From an uncultured Nitrososphaeraceae archaeon (GTDB lineage: Archaea > Thermoproteota > Nitrososphaeria > Nitrososphaerales > Nitrososphaeraceae), in contig CAWGVG010000029.1 of assembly GCA_963825865.1 (NCBI GenBank), positions 126,545 through 190,544 of the forward strand: DNA of 64,000 nucleotides, in the 5' to 3' direction. Positions 56,104-64,000 of the stretch are shown piece after piece (position 1 is the stretch's first letter; every line of letters begins with the position of its first letter). The notes under the pieces were generated by a model. That model had not been told where the DNA came from, did not search any database, and worked only from the letters and a program-made list of their open reading frames with translations. Made by a program: the position numbers and the translations under genes.

Positions 56104-57795
56104 GTGAAATTTCTAATGCTGGATAAATATGAAATGAAGAAAAAGAGTGCTGTAGTTACAAGCGCTCTTCCTTATGCTAATGGTGAAATTCACCTCGGCC
56201 ACATTGCTTCTACATATCTGCCAGCAGATATCTTCACAAAATATTCAAGACTAGCAGGTAGAGAAATTTATCATATCTGTGCGTCTGATGATTTTGGAAC
56301 TCCAGTATTAATCAAAGCAGAAAAAGAAAACAAATCTCCTGCAGAATATGTTCATTTATGGAATAAACGAGATTATGATGATTTTAAGTCATTTGGAATT
56401 TCTTTTGACTTTTTCTATATGACGAGTTCAAAAGAAAATATAGAGTTTGTTCAATATGTCTTTAAAAGGCTTTATGAAAATGGTCATATTTATGCACACA
56501 ACGTAATTCAATTCTATTGTCAATTTGATGATAAATTTTTACCTGATAGGTATGTTGTAGGAAAATGTCCTAATTGTGGAGCAGAAAATCAGTATTCTGA
56601 TTTATGTGAGAAATGTGGCAAAGTTCCTGATCAAATATTAGAACCAAAATGTTCTCTTTGTTGCAGACCTCCAATTAAGAGAAGCAGTAAACATTATTTC
56701 TTTAAACTCTCTAACTTCTCCAAACAACTAGAAGTTTGGCTGACTAACAATGAAAATCTTCAACCTGACATAAAGAACTATGTAATAAATTGGATTAACG
56801 AAGGTCTTCAGGACTGGGATATAACAAGAGATTTGTCGTGGGGAGTTCCAATTCCATTGCCTGATGCAAAAGGGAAAGTATTCTATGGGTGGTTTGACAA
56901 CCATCTTTGTTACATCTCTAGTTTGATCACACATATCAAAAAATCGGGCAAGGATGGCAAAAAATACTGGAACGACTCGGAGATCTATCACTTTATAGGT
57001 AAAGATATAGTTTACCATCACTACCTATTTTTACCTGCTGTACGCATGGGCATAGGCGAAGAATACAAACTACCTGATCAGATTCCGAGTAGGGGTCACT
57101 TGATGCTTCATAACCAAAAGATCTCCAAGAGTCGAAATTGGTATATTGGCCTGAGAGACTTTATATCGGCCTTCAATCCAGATTATCTGAGATTCTACAT
57201 AGCATCCATTACCACATATTCGCAAGTAGATATGAACTTTGATTGGAATGCCTTTGCCGAAAAGATAAATAATGAACTTATAGCAAATATTGGTAATTTT
57301 ATAAATCGTGCACTGTCTTTTGTACAAAAAACATTTCTGGGCAGAGTTCCTGAACCATCAAAATATGACTCTGAAGATAAGGATTGCATTTCAGAGATAG
57401 AAAGAATAGCAGACGAAGTAGGTTGTTTGTTATCTGAAAATGAGTTGGATAAAGCATTAAAGAGAATCTTAAAGTTTACAACTTATTTTAATCAGTACTT
57501 TCAGAGAAAACAACCCTGGAGTAATAAAACAACTGCTAGTACAACACTATTTATCGCTGTAAATGGTGTAAGATCTATAGCAATTATGCTTGAGCCGTTC
57601 ATTCCCTCCTCATGTGAAAAAATTTGGTCTCAACTAGGAATGTCTGGTAGTATACATGAACAGCAGTGGAAGTCCGCCTCACAAATGAAAATAGCTGCAG
57701 GCCATATTCTTGGTAACATACAACCACTATTCAGTAATATTGAGTCAAAGGAAATCGAACAGCAGAAAACGAAAATGGGAAAACAAAGTGGATAA
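56104..57795 (+). CDS. metG: Methionine--tRNA ligase (no C-terminal OB domain)
   Basis: TSALPYANGEIHLGH, Zn-knuckle cysteines, DWDITRD, FIGKDIVYHH, KISKS. Confidence 0.97.
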   Translation: MKFLMLDKYEMKKKSAVVTSALPYANGEIHLGHIASTYLPADIFTKYSRLAGREIYHICASDDFGTPVLIKAEKENKSPAEYVHLWNKRDYDDFKSFGISFDFFYMTSSKENIEFVQYVFKRLYENGHIYAHNVIQFYCQFDDKFLPDRYVVGKCPNCGAENQYSDLCEKCGKVPDQILEPKCSLCCRPPIKRSSKHYFFKLSNFSKQLEVWLTNNENLQPDIKNYVINWINEGLQDWDITRDLSWGVPIPLPDAKGKVFYGWFDNHLCYISSLITHIKKSGKDGKKYWNDSEIYHFIGKDIVYHHYLFLPAVRMGIGEEYKLPDQIPSRGHLMLHNQKISKSRNWYIGLRDFISAFNPDYLRFYIASITTYSQVDMNFDWNAFAEKINNELIANIGNFINRALSFVQKTFLGRVPEPSKYDSEDKDCISEIERIADEVGCLLSENELDKALKRILKFTTYFNQYFQRKQPWSNKTTASTTLFIAVNGVRSIAIMLEPFIPSSCEKIWSQLGMSGSIHEQQWKSASQMKIAAGHILGNIQPLFSNIESKEIEQQKTKMGKQSG

Positions 57796-58330
57796 TCAAA
57801 TAATTCGTGGCTTAATGATAGGTCGTTTTCAACCATTTCATAAAGGACATCTCTATCTTTCAAATCAAATCTTTCAAGAATGTGATGAATTAATAATTGC
57901 CATAGGCAGTGCACAATTTAACTATATCTACAAGGATCCCTTTACTGCTGGTGAAAGGGTATTAATGATACATGCTGCATTATCAGAATCAAAAATTGAC
58001 CTTACAAGGTGTTATGTTATACCTATAGTAAATGATGAAAATAATGCAAGATGGTTTGCTCATCTGAAATCTATGGTTCCCAGTTTTAATATCTTATATT
58101 CTGGCAACGAATTCGTTACAAATCTAGTATCACAAGAAATTAAAATCAAAAAGCCATTATTCGCAAAAAAGAATGAATACAATGGAACAAATATTCGTAA
58201 ACAAATGGCAAGAATGCAGAATTGGAAAAATTTGGTACCAAATGCTGTTTTTAGAATAATTGAAGAAATAGGTGGAGTTACAAGGCTTAAAACCTTATTA
58301 AAATCTGATAGCAATCCACAGCAGTGGTAA
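57788..58330 (+). CDS. nadM: Nicotinamide-nucleotide adenylyltransferase
   Basis: GRFQPFHKGH, IGSAQ, PFTAGER, NGTNIR; GTG start overlaps the metG stop. Confidence 0.93.
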   Translation: MDNQIIRGLMIGRFQPFHKGHLYLSNQIFQECDELIIAIGSAQFNYIYKDPFTAGERVLMIHAALSESKIDLTRCYVIPIVNDENNARWFAHLKSMVPSFNILYSGNEFVTNLVSQEIKIKKPLFAKKNEYNGTNIRKQMARMQNWKNLVPNAVFRIIEEIGGVTRLKTLLKSDSNPQQW

Positions 58331-58334
58331 CAAT

Positions 58335-58463
58335 TTGGTGAAGGGTCTGAGACGCTGTCCAATTTGCCCAACTTGTGGGTCGAAGAAGTTCCAGATGATC
58401 AAGAATTTTCGAGAAGACGTTGTTGTAAAGTGTTTGAATTGCGCTACTAGCATATCTATTTAG
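58335..58463 (+). CDS. 42-aa zinc-ribbon microprotein (absent from the ORF track)
   Basis: MVKGLRRCPICPTCGSKKFQMIKNFREDVVVKCLNCATSISI*, 4 bp after the nadM stop. Confidence 0.6.
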   Translation: MVKGLRRCPICPTCGSKKFQMIKNFREDVVVKCLNCATSISI

Positions 58464-58714
58464 AATAAAAAAGGAACCTAGTAAGAAATTAACTGATTTA
58501 AAGTAATGAGACATACAATAGTATACACTGTCAATGACGATAAATGTTATTCAATATTATTTACATTTACTTTTCTTGATTAATTATTATTTTGAATAGT
58601 TTGCATTGTAAACTATATTTCTGGTAGAAATTAGCCTTTGAATTGAACAGCCTTCTAACTACGACCGCAAGTTAGTAATAGCGCATATATGTATCATGTT
58701 CTTATTCAACCCTT

Positions 58715-59721
58715 ATGTCCGCTAAAAAATGGCTAAATGATGAGGTAAAATTGGATACAATTAAAGATCAAACAATCGCAGTCATTGGTTATGGAATTCA
58801 AGGTCGTGCCCAAGCTACTAATATGAGAGAATCTGGCTTGAAAATCATTATTGGCTTGAGAAAAGATGGAAAAACATGGAAAGAGGCAGAAAGTGATGGA
58901 CATAATGTAATGGAGGTGTCAAAAGCTTGCCAATAATGGCGATATCATTCACATTTTAATTCCTGATATGGAACAGGCAGATACATACAATAAAGAAATT
59001 GCACCATATGTTAGAGAAGGTAAGGCATTAAGTTTTTCGCATGGGGCTTGCCATTCATTGGAATTGGATTGTAGCTCCAAAAAATATTGACATTATAATG
59101 GTAGCACCAAAAGGTCCTGGACAGACAGTCCGTGAATTATATCAAGAAGGTTTTGGTACACCATCATTAGTTGCCGTATATCAGGATTATACAAAAAAGG
59201 CTTGGGATAGAGTATTGGCTATGGCAAAAGGTATTGGTAGCACCAGACCTGGTGTAATTCAAACAACTTTTAAAGAAGAAGTCGAAACTGACTGGTTTGG
59301 TGAACAAGTTGACTTATGTGGCGGTGCCCATACATTGATAATGAATGCATTTGAAACTTTAGTTGGGGCAGGATACCAACCTGAAGTTGCTTATTTTGAA
59401 TGTCTTCATGAACTGAAACTGATTGTAGAATTTATACACAAGTACGGTATTAGCGGAATGTATAAACGTGTTAGCGAAACTGCTAGATATGGTGGTCTTA
59501 CAAGGGGGCCACGGGTAGCTGATAAAATGTTAAAGGAAAAGATGAAAGAAGCGTTGAAAGAAATTCAATCAGGTCAATTTGCAGAAGAGTGGGTTAGTAT
59601 TTACAAGAAAGAAGGAAAAAATTCGTTTGATAGATATATGAAAGAGATTGAAAATCATCAAATTGAAAAAGTTGGAAAAGGCATGCGCGAAATGATGTGG
59701 CCAAATGCGAAAGAGATTTAA
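58715..59721 (+). CDS. ilvC: Ketol-acid reductoisomerase (two indels)
   Basis: [58 protein letters not shown]. Confidence 0.96.
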
Positions 59722-60047
59722 TCAATGATGACAGTAATATTCTAGTTAAAATTACTAACCACCTGTCAGATCCTCTGGCAGTTCTTAATATGTGCAAGTG
59801 ATTCCTTTTTATTCCGCTGCATATAATATCGATTATTATTCCTTTATTATCTTCGTCTGTAGATTATCTTAGATTAAGTTAGAACATAATTTAATATTAT
59901 ATCTTCTTTTTATTATGGACTCAGTCAAACAAACAACTTTGAGTTGGTATTTCTACAGATATCGATATGCTAAAGTGTACCAGAGATAATTTTTGTGCTA
60001 TCATTTACGATTCTTCGTAATATTGTATAACAGATTTTATATAACTA

Positions 60048-60475
60048 TTAATTTTGTTTCAAGTGCAATTTTTTTATATTTTCTGAAATGTGATTAATTA
60101 CAGTAGATAAAGGTGTTCCTGGTCCAAAATTTCCAGTAACTCCTTCTTTCTCTAGCACTTTCTTGTCGCTTTCTGGAATAATCCCGCCGCCTACAATTAA
60201 GATATCATTTACTCCCTTTTCTTTCAACAATCGGGCAACTTTTGGAAATAATATTAAATGAGCTCCATTTAGCAAACTCATAGCTATTGCATCAACATCT
60301 TCGTCAATAGCTATCTTTGCGACTTGTTCTGGTGTACAAAACAGTCCTGAGTAAATGACTTCCATACCTGCGTCTCTCAACGCCCTACATATTACAAGAG
60401 CTCCCCTATCATGACCGTCTAATCCTAGCTTTGAAACGAGTACCTAATCCGTTTTTGATTCTGTTGCGCCGACAT
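60048..60475 (-). CDS. mcmA2: Methylmalonyl-CoA mutase, cobalamin-binding small subunit
   Basis: KLGLDGHDRGA (upstream of the track ORF, with an indel just before it), DAGMEVIYSG, SLLNGAH, VGGGIIP, FGPGT. Confidence 0.93.
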
Positions 60476-60884
60476 TAACCGAAGATCTACACCTTAGTTT
60501 AAAATCTTTATTCTATGCTATATTGATATGTGTGTAGCGACTATGTCTATCTAATAGATGATGACAATCCACAAGTTGCTTAAATCATATAACCATTAGA
60601 TGGCATAGAAAATTGGGCTCAGATGCTAAGAATTAACGGTCGGTAGAAGTGGAACGATTCAATGAAAAACCATATACAACCAGGCCAATGTTTGCTATAG
60701 TCTTGCATATGTAGAACATTACTGGTAAAAGGTTATTGAAAGACCTTAAAGATGATAATAAGAGGTAGATGTTCATCCACACCATTCATGCACACGGAGG
60801 AACGGGGATTAATACTACAATGCTAATATGATAGTTAATATTAAAAAAGAAGTATATAATATTGACAAAATATTATAAAGTGAC

Positions 60885-61807
60885 ATGCTACCTGTAGTTA
60901 AGGGTATTCTGAAAGGAGAAAGACGCTCACTAGCAAGAGCAATTTCTATTATTGATAATGACGATCATGATTCCCAAATAATCATACGCCAGATATTTGA
61001 TAAAACTGGTAAAGCGAGAGCCGTAGGGTTTACAGGTCCTGCAGGAGGGGGAAAAAGCTCACTTATAGGAAAGTTAGTTCCCAATTTTCAGGCTTTGGGA
61101 TACAAGGTTGCTGTTCTTGCAGTAGATCCAACCAGTCCAATTACTGGAGGAGCAATTTTGGGTGATAGAGTTAGGATGCAGACCGCTATGGATGATGACA
61201 ATGTGTTTATGAGAAGCATAGCGTCTAGAGGTGCGGTTGGAGGAGTCTCTAAATCTCTTAGAAATGTAATTAGGATTTAGATGCAGCTGGCTATGATCTT
61301 GTATTAGTTGAAAGCGTAGGGGCAGGCCAGCTTGAAGTAGAAATCTCAAATATTGTGGATTTGACTGCTGTAGTATTTACTCCAAACACAGGTGATAACA
61401 TTCAATCAATCAAAGCTGGCTTGAATGAAATTGGAGATGTGTATATAATAAACAAGGGAGACCTAGATGGCGCGTCAACTCTCTTCAATTCAATTTTAGA
61501 TCTAATAGGTGATACTGAAAGGAAACCCACCGTATTGAAAGCGTCAGCAAAGACGGGCAAAGGAATCAAAGAATTAGTATCGACTATCGATAAGTTACTA
61601 AAGGTGAGAAGTAGTAATTATAAAGAGAAAGAAAAAAAAATGCTTGAATCAGAATTAAGAGCTATGGTTTTAAATATGATTGAACAAAGAGTCTCAATTA
61701 TGCTAGATAAAAACGAGAAATATTTTCTTTTTATTGATGAACTAATAAGCAAAAAGATAGATCCTTACCATGCTGCAGAAGAATTAGCCGCAGTCATATT
61801 GAGGTGA
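60885..61807 (+). CDS. meaB: Methylmalonyl-CoA mutase-associated GTPase (split near 61276)
   Basis: GFTGPAGGGKSS, AVDPTSPITGGAILGDRVRM, ESVGAGQ, GDNIQSIKAG, INKGD. Confidence 0.94.
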
Positions 61808-63405
61808 AAGAGAAAGCAATGCCATCTAATGCTATTAAGACGGATTCAGGAATACCAGTAAAAAGGGTTCATAAAAAGAAGGATCTTTCAAAATCCGATA
61901 TGTCTTATGAAGAACCAGGCAAATTTCCGTATACATGCGGTCTGTATCCTAACATGTATCGGGAACGCTTGTGGACAATGCGACAGTACAGCGGATTCGG
62001 GAGTGCCGAAGAGACCAATAACAGATTCAAATTTTTGCTTGAACACGGGCAGACAGGATTATCCTTGGCTTTTGATTTGCCTACGCAGACAGGCCGCGAT
62101 TCAGACGATCCTCAATCTGAAGGCGAGGTTGGAAGAACCGGAGTAGCAATTAGTTCGATTAGGGATATGATGAGTTGTTTTGAAAATATTCCATTGGATA
62201 AGGTTAGTACTTCCATGACAATTAACTCGACGGCATCAACGTTACTCTCGTTATATATTAGTGTAGCAGAAATCCAAGGCGTTTCTCCAATGCAGATCAG
62301 GGGTACAACCCAAAATGACATATTGAAAGAATATATCGCAAGGAATACATACATTTATCCTCCAAAACCATCAATAAGGCTCATCGGTGACATGATACAA
62401 TACTGCTCTAAACATGTCCCGCAGTGGTATCCAATAAGTATCTCGGGGTATCATATGCGTGAAGCAGGAGCTAATGCTATACAAGAGTTAGCCTTTACTT
62501 TTGCCAATGCGATAGAATATATCGAAACCTGTATTGAAAAAGGGTTAAAAGTAGACGACTTTGCACCTAGATTATCATTTTTTTTCTGCTGTACGATGGA
62601 GTTTTTTGAAGAGGTAGCTAAGTTCAGAGCTCGCTAGGCGAATTTATGCTAAAATAATGAGAGAGAGGTTCCATGCTAAGAATGCAAAGTCATGGCATTT
62701 ACGATTCCATGTGCAAACCAGTGGCGAATCATTAACTGCTCAACAAGTTGATAATAATATCGTTAGGGTTACAATAGAAGCACTCGCCGCAGTATTAGGT
62801 GGATGCCAATCCTTACATACCAATTCTAGAGATGAAGCATGGCATTACCCACAGAAGAATCTGTAAAAATCGCACTTAGAACTCAACATATGATCGGTGC
62901 GGAAACTGGCATTACTAAAACGGTAGATCCAACAGCCGGTTCCTACTATGTAGAATATTTAACAAACAGAATTGAAGAAGAAGTTGAAAAATACTTGAAA
63001 AAAATTAGCCGGATAGGTGGCGCATTGGCGAGCTGTCGAAAAGGGTTTTTTCCAAGAGGAGATCAGGAGAAATGCTTATCGGCTGAAAAAGGAGATAGAT
63101 GAAAATAAACGCGTCATCGTCGGTGTCAACAAATTCCAAGATCCACATGACATCGAACCAAAGCTGAATATGATAGATAAAGAGGGTGAAGGAAGGCAGA
63201 TCTCTAGGTTAATGGATTTTAAGAATTCCCGTGACAAGATAAAAGTTGGGCAGGCATTGGATGCACTGCAACAGGGAGGCTGAAAAGCAGGACGAAAACT
63301 TGATGCCTCATATCATTCATGCGGTAAAGAGTAATGTTACATGGAGAAATAAGTAAAACATTTGGTGGAATCTTTGGAAAGTATGAGCCAAAGGTATCAT
63401 TTTAG
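61804..63405 (+). CDS. mcmA1: Methylmalonyl-CoA mutase, large catalytic subunit (several indels)
   Basis: [67 protein letters not shown]. Confidence 0.95.
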
Positions 63406-63605
63406 CTCGAGATAGATATAAGGAAAAGCGAGATTTTGGTATATGCCATGGAACTATAGGGATGTATTTTTATGCTATTCTGGTATACATCAGGTGATAA
63501 GAAGGGCTAATGGTATTGCTAGTGCAAATAAATTCAGTTGTTATCCGATTGCTCCTTTATATATATATATATCACACCGTGATTATTCATTTAAAGTGAA
63601 ATAAA

Positions 63606-64000
63606 TTGCGAGTAGACCATGTTGCAATAGCCGTTAACAATGTTGACGAGGCTTTGAAAAATTATCAAAAGGTATTCAATATAGATCGTCTAGAAATTGA
63701 AGTAGTTCCAGGCGAAAAAGTCAAAGTTGCAATGCTAGACCTAGAAGATACCAGAATTGAATTAATGGAGCCCACAGGTAACGATAGCCCTATTAAAAAA
63801 TTCCTAGTCGAACACGGAGAAGGGATACATCATATTGCCGTTACCGCAAAGGATATAGAAAAAGATGTTGCAAGAGCATCAGAAAATGGAATGAGAATAC
63901 TTGGTGAAGTGCGTTCAGGTTCATATGGTAGAAAGGTTACTTTTATCCATCCAAAATCTCTAAATGGCGTTTTGACGGAATTATGCGAGGCACAGTCAAA
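63606..64000 (+). CDS. mce: Methylmalonyl-CoA epimerase (runs off the window end)
   Basis: MRVDHVAIAV...VKVAML...IELMEP...GEGIHHIA...FIHPKSLNGVLTELCE. Confidence 0.93.
   Translation, partial: MRVDHVAIAVNNVDEALKNYQKVFNIDRLEIEVVPGEKVKVAMLDLEDTRIELMEPTGNDSPIKKFLVEHGEGIHHIAVTAKDIEKDVARASENGMRILGEVRSGSYGRKVTFIHPKSLNGVLTELCEAQS

Noticed and set aside
60476-60884. Cobalamin riboswitch between the divergent mutase genes
   Set aside because: No recognisable B12-box or conserved stems by eye; an Infernal search would be needed.
1250-63405. Genome decay, programmed frameshifting or stop-codon recoding to explain more than 15 split genes
   Set aside because: The breaks are single-base indels scattered through essential genes (priL, pelota, ilvC, mutase). 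Where I checked, adding or removing one base restores the conserved sequence (e.g. cutA AGC T[G]AT ATG, ilvC GCT [T]GCC AAT), with no common slippery motif or reassigned codon. Sequencing error is the simplest explanation.

Overview
AT-rich archaeal chromosomal DNA, almost certainly from an ammonia-oxidising thaumarchaeote of the soil Nitrososphaeraceae type. The evidence is archaeal PriS/PriL, eIF6, pelota, an archaeal/eukaryal-type GlyRS, a split methylmalonyl-CoA mutase with MeaB and epimerase (3-hydroxypropionate/4-hydroxybutyrate cycle), MEDS and wHTH proteins, and a PEF-type C-terminal sorting signal. Many conserved genes (priL, pelota, ilvC, meaB, mutase, beta-CASP, marC, HtrA, cutA) are broken by single-base indels that look like long-read sequencing errors, so I rebuilt the frames by eye. 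Layout: primase operon (0.1-2.3 kb); an accessory patchwork of small Cys-rich ORFs, truncated redox genes and GC-richer bacterial-looking fragments (2.4-14.3 kb); glyS and hypotheticals; a DsbA plus CxxC membrane protein pair; an IS630 element; housekeeping genes; a glycosylation cluster (GT2, SAM-methyltransferase, epimerase, GT-C-like protein) next to the most unusual feature; then signal-transduction genes, IS6 and HNH relics, cysS, metG-nadM, ilvC and the mutase cluster. That feature is a ~3.1 kb GC-rich gene (40215-43300) for a secreted ~1000-aa block-copolymer protein: signal peptide, Gly/Ser repeats, Pro/Thr repeats, a two-Cys loop, more Pro/Thr repeats, and a ~450-aa silk-like Ala/Ser domain. 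I saw no rRNA, tRNA or CRISPR array. All calls come from motif recognition without database searches.
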